A stretch of 64,000 nt of DNA. Origin: the human T2T-CHM13v2.0 reference genome, Homo sapiens. The stretch lies in NCBI RefSeq assembly GCF_009914755.1, contig NC_060934.1; one strand, written 5' to 3'. Of this stretch, positions 13,311-26,400 are shown in pieces; the stretch's first letter is position 1, and the number at the start of each line of letters is the position of its first letter. The notes under the pieces were generated by a model that ran no database searches, had not been told where the DNA came from, and saw nothing but the letters and a program-made list of their open reading frames with translations. A program made the translations under genes and the position numbers.

Positions 13311-13659
13311 AGATGGGTGAACATAAACCACACTTTAAGCAAGAACTCTCAGTTATAACCACATGGGTGAACATAAACCACACTTTAAGCAAGAACTCTC
13401 AGTTATAACCAGATGGGTGAACATAAACCACACTTTAAGCAAGAACTCTCAGTTATAACCAGATGGGTGAACATAAACCACACTTTAAGCAAGAACTCTC
13501 AGTTATAACCACATGGGTGAACATAAACCACACTTTAAGCAAGAACTCTCAGTTATAACCAGATGGGTGAACATAAACCACACTTTAAGCAAGAACTCTC
13601 AGTTATAACCAGATGGTTGAACATAAACCACACTTTAAGCAAGAACTCTCAGTTATAAC
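13309..13659. repeat. Minisatellite/VNTR, 7 x 50 bp
   Basis: Unit AGATGGGTGAACATAAACCACACTTTAAGCAAGAACTCTCAGTTATAACC. Units start at 13311, 13361, 13411, 13461, 13511, 13561 and 13611, with only 3 internal substitutions. Confidence 0.98.
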
Positions 13660-13750
13660 TGCTTGCAGTTTTAGAGGATCCCAGCCACACTCCTGAACCA
13701 GAGCTTGGCACTGGGTATTCCCTCTGGAACACCCTTTTATTTCCTTCTCT

Positions 13751-14187
13751 AAGCAAAGACATGGAATCAACCTAAATGCCCATCAGTGGTCTGCTGGATA
13801 AAGAAAATGTGGTATATAAACACCATGGAATACTATGCAGACATAAAAAAAGAACAAGATCTTGTTCTTTGAAGGGATGTGGATGTAGTTAGAGACCATT
13901 ATCCTTAGCAAACTAACACAGGAACAGAAGATCAAACACTGCATGTTCTCACTCATAGGTGGGAGCTAAATGATGAGAACACACGGACACATAGAGTGGG
14001 GGACAACACACACTGGGGCCTTTTGGAGGGTGGAGAATTGGAGGAGGGAGAAGATACAAAAGAATAACTAGTGGTTACTAGGCTTAATACTGGGGTGATG
14101 AAATAATCTGTACAACAAACCACCATGATACAAGTTTACCTATGTAATGAACCTGCACTTGTACCCCTGAACTTAAAAGTTAAAAAT
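13751..14187 (+). mobile_element. L1PA 3' end fragment (older L1PA)
   Basis: agcaaagacatggaatcaacctaaatgccc ... gtacccctgaacttaaaagttaaaaa. Confidence 0.9.
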
Positions 14188-14287
14188 GAATGAAGCCTGT
14201 CAGAACCACCCATTTAGCAGTCTAACATTTTCCCTAGTATTCCCAAATCCCTTTGCCTAGCCAACATTTTTCACAGCACTTTTTGTC

Positions 14288-14365
14288 TTCAAACTACTGG
14301 CCTGAAGCAATCTGGCTTAGCTTTCTGAGTAGCTGGAATTGCAGGTGTACCAGTGTGCCCAGCCA
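14288..14365 (-). mobile_element. Degenerate Alu monomer/FLAM fragment
   Basis: tcaaactactggcctgaagcaatc...gagtagctggaattgcagg...gtgcccagcc. Confidence 0.6.
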
Positions 14366-15039
14366 CAGTTTTTTCAAGACCTGTTTAAGACAACAGGTTA
14401 GAGAAAATCAAGATAATATTTTGAGGGGGAAGAAGGTAAAATCAATTAAGACAGGGTGCACAGAGTACTTGAATGGTACAGATAATGTTTATCCTTTGTA
14501 CTAAATGGTGTGTATGTGGGAATTGGTTATATTATTTTGACTGTTTGTAGTCATATTATATACATATGTGTATAAATAAAAATAAAAGAAAAAATATAAG
14601 CTAAATTTATAGATATATTAATTTTATTTAAATATAACAAAGATTTGCCAGTATTCAAATGTCTGCAATGATTCTTAAAATGCACAGAACCTGTGTTTAG
14701 GTACAGTATCACTGTTCATCCAGCCTTCATTCACTCGAATCTACTCTTACCTAAAATTTGTACCGTAAGTAAAATTACATTCTGTATGACAGAAAGCAAA
14801 TTACAATATTAGAACAACATTATGGAAAATTGGCATAACATTGTACAATCATCCATTACTTTATTATTTATCATTTTGCAAATTTTTATTATATTAGTAA
14901 AAAAGTCTAACTGTACTTAATAGCTAATACATATATTATTTGATATTTTTAAAGACCATTATTAAAATAATAATAATTTGGGGGTGAGAAGGCCTATTGA
15001 AAAATGACCAACGTGGAAATCATAAATAAGTTTGATGCA

Positions 15040-15490
15040 ACAAATATTTGTGAGTCTTATAGTTAAAAATGTAAAAATTCATTATAAACAAAGCTAAAAG
15101 ACAATAATATGCATTGGGAAATATTTGCAACATTTACTTCAAAGGTGGATGTCCTTAAGAGAATTTTTACAAATTAATAAACATTTAAAAAGGTGAGGAG
15201 TGGCAATAGCTATGAGAGACAATTTACAAAAACATAAAAAATATGAAAACTGTTTAATCTGTAAGTACATCAATAAAAATTTTATTATTGTAGTTATTTT
15301 ATCTATTAAATTAGGAAAGGTCAATACAATTGGTAATCTTCCAAGTAAATATAGGGGAGAAGGTCTTTCTCATACACTTATAAGAATATTATTTTGTTAG
15401 AATGCAATTAAATAAACACTTGGTAAAAATCCATATCCTTTGTCCAAACAATTTAAGTTCTAGACCTCTAGAATCCACATGTACATATAC
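15040..15490 (+). mobile_element. Ancient L1ME-like ORF2 3' fragment
   Basis: aaagctaaaagacaa...tgggaaatatttgcaaca and later L1-like motifs. Confidence 0.55.
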
Positions 15491-16559
15491 ATATATACAT
15501 ACATATACACACACACATTCACACCTATATATTAACAACTCAAATCCAACTCCAACTCTTTTGTAAGTAGTATTTTGTCCAACAAATAAATTTATCTCAA
15601 ATTCTTCTTGACTTTTCTCCATTATAGAGCCAGCAATTCTACGTGTAACTCTACCTCTAATTCCTTTATTTGCATTTATTTCTGCTTTCAAACCCTTATA
15701 TGAGGCAAGTGGGATTAATTTATTTCATTACCTTAACTAGATTCATCGCTTTACTTTGTCAAACTCTGATTGATTTGCTCAACTCAATCTTATGTGTTCA
15801 AGAACTTAATGTGGATTCCTGTTCCACCTTATGAAAGTCTTTTCCAAAAACTTGCTAAATTCTTGACTCAAGACATTGCAGTCAGTAATGCATTTCTCTC
15901 CTCAAATACAATGGAACTGTGTTCTAATAAATACTCTTCAACAATGTGCAGTTATTTCTCCACAACTATCAATTCCCCTTAAAGCAGAATTTTACTAAAA
16001 ATGGCTTTATCCTTCTGGGGATAATCAGTAAAATGGCAATTGGTGGGTGAATTAAAAATATACTAAAAGCAGATGGCAGAACATGAGTGCAGATTTTTAC
16101 TACAAAGCTTAGGAAAAGCAAAAGGAACTTGAATAGAGAAAATGCAGAAAAGCCCTCCTTTGGCTATTAGGACGGAGAGAGCAGAAGTATGTTTAGAGCT
16201 TCAAAGAGTCTGACTCTTTGCAACTGTTTATCTTAGGACTTTAAGGAAGTAAAAGGTGCAAGTGAAACACTCTGGATTATAAAATAGAATCTGACACAGA
16301 GGATTCAACCCAGTTAATATGCATGTTGCTTACATGGAAATGCTGAGAAATTTTTAGCAAATAGATAGAAAATGACAGATGGTAGGTATATAGAAAATAA
16401 TTGTAGGAAAAAATGTAAAATGAAGATTTATGGTATTCCTTTTATATTTTATTTTGTTAATATGTTGCCCATAATGCTTTATTTCAAAGAATGCAAAACC
16501 AAAAAAGTAGTCCCTTCCTAACTTCCCCTGCAGCCTTGTCTTGTGGAGCTTGTATTTTA

Positions 16560-17080
16560 CTTCATGAGAAATGCCAAGGAGATGTCATTTAAGCTGAAAA
16601 CCTCCAGCAGAATTAGCCACAATATTTGGGAAAAAGATGTTTCCAGAAAAAGAAAGAGCTAGTATAAATGTCCTTAGGCAAGAAAGAGCTCACGATGATT
16701 GAGGAACAACAACAAAAAAGATTATTTCACTCAAGAAAAGTGAATTGGGAGTACAGATACAAATGATGAGGTCTGAATATGATTCATGGGGCAGGTCACA
16801 CTAGGTTGTTTGGGTATGGTCTAAATGAATGCGCGGCATGAGTTGCTTTAAGGAGAGGAGTGACATGATTTGACAAGTTCTTAAGAGATCCCTTTGATTA
16901 CTCTGGGGAGAATAGAACATAAAGTAGCAGAAATGAAAGCAAAGGGAGATAGTAGGAAATAATTGCACATTTATAAGCAAGAAATGATGTTGGCTTGGAC
17001 TCTGGTTATAGCAACAAATAAAGAAAAAAGGAAATACTGAGAAGAGTTGATTGGATTTGCTGACATTCTCAACATAAATG
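16560..17080 (-). mobile_element. Degenerate L2 fragment
   Basis: Purine-rich motifs such as tttaaggagaggagtgacatgatttgac and gaaatgatgttggcttggac. Confidence 0.6.
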
Positions 17081-18189
17081 GAAGTCAGTATTTTTTTCTA
17101 ATAAATATAATATGCGTAAATATTTTTAAATATTTAATTCTTTTACCACTAATGGGGCACGAGTAGACTTCAGGGAACATGCCAGTACAGAACCATATAA
17201 ATGTGATCATTGGTAGAGATAGGAATTAATAGGCATTTGAATGTCTCCCTCAACCTGGAATACCACAAATAAAGCTCTTTGCTTTTCATGTTGCATTGTT
17301 ATCATACCCTATAGTTTTCTGCCATTTTCAGTTACTTAATATTATGTTTTGCCTCAATAGATTATAGTGCTTTCTCTTGTTGTGTTATATTTGCAGCAAT
17401 TATTAGTGAAGTTTTAAACTTCAATATCACATCTAAAACAGAGCAAAATTGTTGCATACTATTTTCCATTAAAACATGAGACCACTATGACAAAAAAAGC
17501 TAAACATGTCATGAAATGACTTACATTGGATGAAAGTATATGCAATATATTAAGAAATAATCTCTGACTTTATAGTTTTTTATTTGTAGTTTTTACTAGA
17601 ACGTGAAATCAATATGTGAACCCTGGCTGGAGTTTGCATCTAAATGTAATAAAATAAAAGAAACTTTAATATTATCATTGAAGCATTAATGTACATTAGC
17701 GAGCTGGACTATATAAAATAAACTTTATTATATTTAGCATTTGATTTTTATTTATGTATATTATAAAATGAATATAGTTTATATTATAATAAAAATAAAA
17801 GAAGTAGTATGTTAACTAATTAGTATAAGATGCCTACAAACTACATATCTGCCTAAATTTTTGACCCATGAAACTTCAATGATTTGTGTTAATGTTAAGG
17901 CCTACATTTATTTATATATATATATAATTAGGGGAGGAATTGTTAATTCTTTCATTTTAAAAATTTTAACTTTGCAGACAAAGTTGACTATACCTGTGGC
18001 AGAACACTGCAACAGCTATAAATAAATAAATAAATAAATAACTTTTATTTTCTGTGGAGCTCCCAGAATTATGAATTATTCTGTAGATTGAGATTTGCCA
18101 AGGTCCTTTTCTTAGAGTTGCAAGAGCATAGGAGAAAGTCAAGGGAAATAATAAGCAGCACTTGATTTCCTTTACCACAGTGGATGGGC

Positions 18190-18410
18190 TTCTAAAACCA
18201 AATTACCTGACTATAAATCCAGATCTATCTTCTGCAGGCTATGTGATTGTGGATGTTACCTCTTCTGTGCTTCAATTTCCTCATCTGTAAAATGGAATTA
18301 TAGCCTACCCTATTTTGTAGTATAGTGAGGATAAATAGAATGAATGTATGTAGTTCTTAGAATAGAGCATGGCACGTGATAAGTGGTCAATAAAATATTG
18401 TTTACTACTA
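18190..18410 (+). mobile_element. MIR
   Basis: MIR core ctgtgcttcaatttcctcatctgtaaaatgga. Confidence 0.8.
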
Positions 18411-18474
18411 GTTATGTAACAGTCACTTCACACATAATAATGATTTAATAAAGGAATAAGAAGAATGTAGAGCA

Positions 18475-18664
18475 CAGCTTCTCAACATTGGCACTATGAC
18501 ATTTTGGGTCAGACAATTATTTAATGCAGAGGGGGCTATAGGATGCTTAGCAGTGTCTCTGGCCAGTAGTGTACCTCCTCCTCTCCAAGTTTTGACAATC
18601 ACAAAGGCTTCTAGACATTGACAACTATCCCCTGAAAAGTAAAATTGTCCCTGCTTGAGAACAC
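18475..18664 (+). mobile_element. MER20 (hAT-Charlie) DNA transposon
   Basis: cagcttctcaacattggcactatgacattttggg ... gcttgagaacac. Confidence 0.8.
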
Positions 18665-19859
18665 AAATATAAAGTAACCACTCAAAGATTACATTACTAA
18701 TTTTAATTGAATTTGACCAGCATTATGAAATAAGCATAAGCTTAAGTTTCTACCCTTGATTTTGTCATTGTCAGTTAGGGCAGCAGAGAACTCCAATTCT
18801 GAAAATTCTGAACATGTGCTAATACCCTACAATATAATCAAAACTTTCATTTTTGAATTGTATTTCTTAAAAATTAGAAAATTTATTAAGCAGCAACATG
18901 GAATAATTAACCACAAAAATGTTGAACATAAATCTCATTTGCCTAAGTTCTCTTTTGAAGTCCTGTTTCACTATATAAGTATTATGTGTTTTGTTTCACA
19001 GCTAGATAACAGCCAGTTTTTTCTCTGAGCCTAAGGTTGCTTCTCAAATTTATGGTGGCTTATAGCTCTTCTAAGTTTCTATAAAACTTCAGCAACCTGC
19101 AGCAGGTTGAAATTTATTGATATTGAGTTATTCACCAGGTCATATTACAAAGTCAGGGACTGACTCACCCAAACCAGATGCTCCCCCTGCCACCAGATCA
19201 CTAGGAGATATTGCAATCATTTCCCCTGGCTACTAAATTAGCAAAAATTCTCAGGGAGAGAGAAGGGCAAGATGGCACAGTTTAATACTTACTATTATTC
19301 TTTTATTCTTTATCATCATTCCCTTTGAATGGATTAAGAATCTGACATAAATATAACTTGCTAAAGAAAGGGTGTTAGGTGAGAGGGAAGTCATATTGGT
19401 CTAAGAAAAGTCTTAGAGAAATATTTGAAAAGAGGTAGAGAGAAGGGTTGGATTGGAGTGGGTGGGTGGGGAATCACACTAAGGAGATGGATCATTCATA
19501 ATTTCTTTAGACATGGTGAGGCAGCCACAGGAGTCTGAACTTGTTGAAACCCTAGTCTGAAGCCAATAAAAGTGCTCAATAAGGTCACACTTTGATCTTC
19601 TCTGCCTAAAGCAGTTATTCACCCTATCTTTGGGAGAGGAAACATCTACAAACCTTTGTTCTCTTTGTTAGCAGAGGGATGACATGAATTTGGGAAAAAC
19701 GTTTGAGAGACAAAATGAGATTTAGCTCGAGCAAGTGATCGACTTGTGCTGGGTTGCAAATGGACTTTTTCAACAGGCAGGTTGAAACTGTGCTTCAGCA
19801 ATTAGGATACCAGATATAAACATCCATGCACAGAATTGGAAAGGTTCAGCTTTCATGGT

Positions 19860-20282
19860 TGCTATGGTTTGAATGTTCCCTCCAAAACTCATGTTGAAAC
19901 TTAATCCAAAATATGACAATATAGAGAACGAGCTTTTTAAAGAGGGGATTGGATCATGAAAGTTCTTCCCTCATGAGTGGATTAATCCATTGATAAGTCA
20001 GTGGATTAATAGGTTATCTTGGGAGGGAAACCATTAGATTTATAAGAAGGGGAAGATAGACCTGAGCTAGCATGTTAGCATACTCAGCCCTCTTGCCATA
20101 TGATACCCTGTGCTACCTTGGGACTCTTCTGAGAGTCCCCACAAGCAAGAAGGCTCTCAAAAGATATGCCCCATCGACCTTGGATTTCCAAGCCTTCTTA
20201 GCTGTAGAAAATAAATTCAGTTCTTTGTAAATTACTCAGTTTTAGGTATACTGCTATAAGCAACAGAAAATGGACTAAGACA
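19860..20282 (+). mobile_element. MST-family (MaLR) solo LTR
   Basis: TGCTATGGTTTGAATG...GGACTAAGACA with a perfect 5-bp TSD ATGGT. Confidence 0.92.
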
Positions 20283-20962
20283 ATGGTCTTATCCAGAACT
20301 TTGTAAACTAGAATTGGCTGTTTAGATTCAGTATGTATTTTTTTTATAGATTCAAAATAATTTTGTTTTGAACTGTACAATGAAGGAGTGTCATAAGCTT
20401 TTCCACATGTAGAGGCTCTAAATATCAGTCTGGCATTGTGATAAAGCAGAGAGTTTAAACCCAATCCTATTTGTGCCCCATGACCGTTCTTTCTGGTTAC
20501 AGTTCAGAAAAGTAGGAATGGATGTGTAACTCAAGGAGAAGCATATAATACATGAAGCTTTTTCTCAAAATTTTGATTTAGAAAATGAGGTATTTTAGTA
20601 TGTTAATTATAGGCATCTCAACTGAGAAGTCTAATAGCATTGGGCCAGAATTGTCGCAGCAGTCCAAAGCCATGGATAAACTTAAGTTAAAGGGAGCAAA
20701 TACTAACAGCCTTCCAAATTAATCTGTATTGGAGAAGATGATAAACAGATGAATGGGAACTAGAAACCATGCAGACTTGGAACTAGATATAAAACAAACA
20801 GCTATCTAATGATTTCTTATTTACTCTGAGCCCAAGATATTTTTGTATCCTTTTAGTTAAACCTCTGTTTTACTAAGGAAATTTAAATAAGATTCTGTCT
20901 CTTGCAAGAAAATAACATCTAAGACATCTTCGTATTTAATACTGCCTTAATTTTGTTTACTC

Positions 20963-21289
20963 CAGTGGTCCCCAACCTCTTTGGTACCAGGGATTCGTTT
21001 CGTGGAAGACAATATTTCCATGGACAGGGTTGGGGGGAAGGTTTCGGGATAAAACTGCTCCACTACTCAGATCATCAAGCACTAGATTCTCACAAGGATC
21101 AAACTAGATCACTTGCATGCGCAGTTCACAGTAGAGCTGGTGCTTCTGTGAGAATCAAATGCTGCCAATGATCTGATAGGAGGCTGAGCTCAGGAGTAAT
21201 GCTCACTCATCCACCTCTCCCATTCTGCTGTGTGGCCCAGTTCCTAACAGGCCCGGTACCAGTTTGTGGCCCAGGGGTTGGGACCCCTG
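20963..21289 (+). mobile_element. MER1B-like DNA transposon
   Basis: TIRs cagtggtccccaacc / ggttgggacccctg. 8-bp TSD gtttactc/ttttacac. Confidence 0.88.
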
Positions 21290-21953
21290 TTTTACACTAT
21301 AACATTTCCACACGTCTCTCATGGCCTTTCAGATCCACTGCTTGTCTCAACTCAAGTCCAGCTACCTGAAAATTCGATTATTTTTTCAAAGTGAATTTGA
21401 ATATCTTTATGTTGAATACACAGTCTCCACTTTTACGCAGCCCCTACTGTCTTCTATCATACCTCTCTAGCCCTGGAAGAGATCAACTTTACATTCACTT
21501 TTCCTGTTTTAGGGCTATTATTTTATCTTCAATTACCAAAATCTATCTACATTTAGATACTTTAACTTGCAAATACATAGTAAACAATTACAGATTATTT
21601 AAAATAGCAGTTTTCCCATGAGTATAAAAAAAAAGAACAATAAAAGCAATATTTGTTGAGTATTTTAAAGTGCCAGGCACTGAGCAGTGTGCTTTGCTTA
21701 AGTAAATGTTTGACAAAATAAAAGGTCCTTTAAAAGTTCCATGCTTTAACATTAATAACCATATAAAGATAAGGTTAGACTTCCTATCAAATTAGCAGTT
21801 TTGTGAAGATAGGCCTTTTCTGCTATATAGAATCTCCTCAAACCTGAGTGTTCGTATTATGGATTATCTAGTATACTCCATAGCTATCAAGTTTGTGTAT
21901 GTTTCTTTCTCAAGCAAGTTATCTTATTTCTCCTTATTTCTTCAGACTTATCC

Positions 21954-22254
<301 letters not shown>

Positions 22255-22744
22255 CCTAACCTCTCATTTCTAAGGAAATGACAAATTAAGTCTTTTATGC
22301 AAATACAGTGTAGGGTCATTTAAAAATATTTTTTGTAATAGGTGTCTCTGTACATAAATCTATTTAATTTTTTCTCTTTTACAGTAAAAAAGGCAATACT
22401 GTGTTTTAGTTTCACCAAAAATTTCAGTAGACCAATTGTGTAAAGGGATACATTTATATGAATTTTTTTGACATAGTAAAAACTAAGAGGGGAAGTTATT
22501 CAAATATTTCAGCATAAATTCCCTTTCCTTGAAATTGCAATCGTCATGTGTAGCTACAATTCCTCAGCATTCCTCTGTAGTATAAGTAGCTACAATTCCT
22601 CAGTATAAGAAACACTAAGGTGGAAAATTAATTGTTAAGAGAACAAAGTCATAACAAAACAACAAAACAAAAAAGTAGGATATAGAAACATTAACTCAAT
22701 ATCACTCTTGAAGCTCACATAAGAGAAATTATTGTACTAGACAC

Positions 22745-23015
22745 TGTGGTTCATCATCCAGACCCCATCTTCATGGGAAGACATCGATCCCACACTCATG
22801 GGGAACATCAGCAGCTGACAATTCACACCTGTACCTTTCACTAAATATTGTCCTAAGACAAACTAAAATGAACTAACTCGCCCAAAGTGGTGCCTCCTTT
22901 CAGAGAGCAGCCATTGACCCATGGCTGGCTAATGTAGTTATACAAACATGCAACTGCTTTGCATCAATTTGGGACAACTCTGAAAGAGGCCCAGTAGGAT
23001 TGGCTGAAGACTCAG
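22745..23015. mobile_element. Old ERVL LTR fragment (LTR16-like)
   Basis: Motifs cagaccccatcttca, cagcagctgacaattcac and tttgcatcaatttgggacaactctgaa. Confidence 0.55.
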
Positions 23016-23017
23016 TT

Positions 23018-23182
23018 CAAAGTTGTCAAATAAAGCACACCATGCCCAGCTGAATTTACATTGTTTACTATGAGTATATCCCACGAAATATTTAGGAATT
23101 ACATATACTAAACATTATTCATGATTTATATGAAATTTAAATTCAACTGGGCAACTTGTACTTTTACTTGGTAAATCTGGGA
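23018..23182. mobile_element. MER53-like palindromic DNA transposon
   Basis: gcccagctgaattt ... aaatttaaattcaactgggca...taaatctgg. Confidence 0.65.
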
Positions 23183-23309
23183 GCTTTTCCTTAGTTGCAT
23201 CTGCATGGCAGGTAAGCATGTCGGTATGCCCAGACCTCCCTTCTTTGCTTCCTTATAAGTGCGTCCCAGAAAACAAGCAATCATCTCAGAGCCAATAGGC
23301 ATTGAGGCT

Positions 23310-23477
23310 TTTGATAATCAAACTCCCAAAGGTCAAGGAAAAAGAGAGTATCCCAAAAGCACCAAGAGAACAAACAAACACATAACATACAATGGAGCTT
23401 CAGTATATCTGGCAGCAGACTTTTCAGTGGAAACCTTACAGCCAGGAGAGGGTGACATGACACATTTGAAGTGCTGT
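23310..23477 (+). mobile_element. Isolated L1M ORF1 internal fragment
   Basis: aatcaaactcccaaaggtcaagg...tggcagcagacttttcagtggaaaccttacag. Confidence 0.8.
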
Positions 23478-26400
23478 TTATGGGTCCCTTCGGATTGTAA
23501 CGGGGAAAACAAGAATTGTAGCAGGAAGAATTAAAAGAAAAGAGAGAAGCTTTTTTTTTTTTTAATAATCTGATCTTTTTCTATTGAGAGGCAGGCACCC
23601 AAATGCTGCTTCTGTCGGGGAGTGAATCTGTAAATTCTTTGTAACTCTGTGCTACCTATTTGTTAACCTGTGTAATTTGTTCTCCTGCTGACTTCTTGCA
23701 AACACTTGCCAGTGGGTATCTGAAGCCTCTTACATCTTCTGTGGCACGGACTTGGCCTATATTTAGCATATTCACTCATCTAAAGTGGGAAGAAGAATCT
23801 GGCATCTTTTCTCTTTCTCCATCTTGCCATCAAAAGCTGCCTCAATGAGCATGTAGCCTTCAGAATTTTGAAAGCAAGAAGCAGGCAACAACTGGCCATG
23901 TTTAGCTTCATCTTGAAACTCTTGAGGACACCTATCAAACTTTCCCAAAACTGTCTCATCATGTATGGTTCCATTGCAGGATGGGTGCAATGCTGAGTGC
24001 CAGAAGGAGAGGGATATCCCATTCTTTCCTTCTTAAAAATTGCTCCCAGTCTTTTTGAGCTCTCTTCCTGTTTGGAAGGAGAACTAAAGCAAGTTTAGTT
24101 CTCCTTACAAAAGAGAAAATAATTAAAAGCACTCTCACTTAGGTAACTAATTCACTTTCTATATGATAATTCTTAGAATGTCTAGTCCTCTCTTTACATA
24201 AGAGTACAGGTAATTGAGGTCAGTGAAGGTTTTAGTTACAGAACTGGTCTGGCTACTTTTTATTAAAACCTGCAAAGACTTAACTGTTCTTCTATAATTT
24301 AGGGATACTCATCATTTAATAGGGAATAAACAAAAATTTGAGACAAAAGGAAATTCTGTATCCATTTCATATATATACATGTAAATTACATATAGAAAAA
24401 ATGGTTTAGAAGAGGAGTTAATATCAATTTAAAAACGGGAATTTTAAAGCTGGGAATAATACATAGCATAAATATGTATAAGGATTCAGCAAAATGTTAG
24501 TTGAAACAGGGGGCTAAATAAACTTGAAGTTTAAGAAAGTTAAGAAATGAACCCAAATATGCATAAATCTGAGGACAAAATTTGATATTGCTGCTAATAA
24601 AAAAGGGAGGGGCATCATATTGGGAGGCTTCATTAATAAAAGTAACAAATTATGAGAACAAATAGTCTTGTTATAGTTTATCTGGTGAAGCATTTTAATG
24701 AGGCATAGCTGTCTGTTCCATTACCGAACGACTTTTCTTATGTGTGCTCTGGTAGATTTTCATATGGCTACACTGAAAGATATTCCCAAATGTCTGACTA
24801 ATAACTCTATCTATAGGCAACTGTTCTGAAGGTTTAAAGTAAGGAGGATGGGGTTCATTTAGAACCAGTGGGAAAAAATGCTAATGCTGGGCTTTGAATT
24901 TTATGGATGCTGTAGCTGTTATTTTTCAATTAAATAAATGTTTTATATGCCATGTTTTGTAGCTATCGCAGTTAAACTGCCCTCATCTTTTTGCCCAGCA
25001 AAAAACCCATTAAGATCTTCACTGAGATTGAGTCTAGGTTTTTTATAAAATTAATAACTTTGCTACTGGTTTCTCAAAAATGAGTAGAAATGACTTTTCA
25101 ATGCAAATGCCAGTTTTTGATACAGTGAAATTATCCTGTCTGCAGTGACTATTTGAACTTTTATCGGCAATTGGACACTGAGAGACTTAGTATATGAACA
25201 GATTTATCCTTAGATTATCTAATACATGCTTTGCGCCCTGCACCATAAAACCCGATCTATTTTTAAAGCCTTGGTTGTTCTGAAAAATGAAATGAAATTG
25301 TATTAAATGGCATTTTGACTGGGGAGAAAAAAAAAAACTTCATGTGGTTTAAGAGAATGGATGCCGGCAATTGACTGTCTACTGTTTATTCAAAACTTAT
25401 AGATTAGCAGCCAGATGTGGCAGAAAGTTGGCTGATTTTTCATTCACAACAAAAACGATGCTGTGCTTAATGAATGGAGGTTTGTTATCCCAGTAATAAG
25501 TAAAAGGAACATGAAAGCCCTTGTGTTTAATGTTCATGCAAATAAGCTATTTGCAGGTGGCTTTTGGGCAGGGTCAAGTATTTTCAAATATTTTTCAAAA
25601 CTGGGTCAAGTTTTTTAATTGTCAAAAATTACCAGCTAGAGGAAAACCTCCTAAAAACTTTATTATGCTATTTCCCAAGTAAATGAAATGACAAGTCACT
25701 TATCATTTAAAAATTACATATGAAAATTCTTTTCCTTATGATTTCGTCAATAAATAAATTCTAGAGGATTCTAGATATATTTATTTGGCATTTTTTTTTA
25801 ATGTGGTATCAAATTTTGTGGACATTCTTTAGAGAATCAAATTCTTAAAATGGCATTGAACATTTAATTTAAAATGTCCTTCTTGAACCATACATGTTTA
25901 TTAAAAAGTTATTTTATATAGGTTATCCATTAAAAAACAATTTTCTATATATGTAAACATTTATGATAACTGCTCATTATTTTGGTCCATACTTATTTAT
26001 CTACCTATTTATTAAACAATACAAATCATACGCTTTGTAAAAATAAAGGCCTAGTCTAATATTACTCTCTGTCAGAAATAAAATAATTCAGAGAAGTCTG
26101 TATTAGAAGACAAAATAAAACAAAACAGAAAATGATGAGAATCACAAAACCATTGCCAAATTTCCAGCTATGGCATTTACTCTCCATGTGGCCTTAGGTA
26201 TCTTACTCTCTTATTTTAACCTTTCTTTGATTACTGTAAAAATAATTTGTTACTAAGAAGCCCTCTTGCTTTAGTAGCTGTGAGTATAAAATTAAGAACA
26301 TAATTCTCAAAAAGTGTTTTAGTCTTCCTGGAAACATTTTAAAATATCAATTAATCATTGAACAATACACAATCGCCTGATCATTTGCTAAGAGAGGGTT

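Noticed and set aside
13309-13659. CRISPR-like array
   Set aside because: The units are contiguous with no unique spacers, there are no cas genes and the context is eukaryotic. It is a minisatellite.
15389-15850. Protein-like minus ORF KAEINANKGIRGRVTRR... and an adjacent exon-like piece
   Set aside because: The implied intron is only ~35 nt, the donor is weak, and the region resembles degenerate L2 running into a microsatellite.
22550-22610. Short direct duplication gtagctacaattcctcag; similar small duplications at ~13278-13306, ~59977-60020 and ~61509-61551
   Set aside because: Ordinary slippage-type micro-duplications with no further structure.
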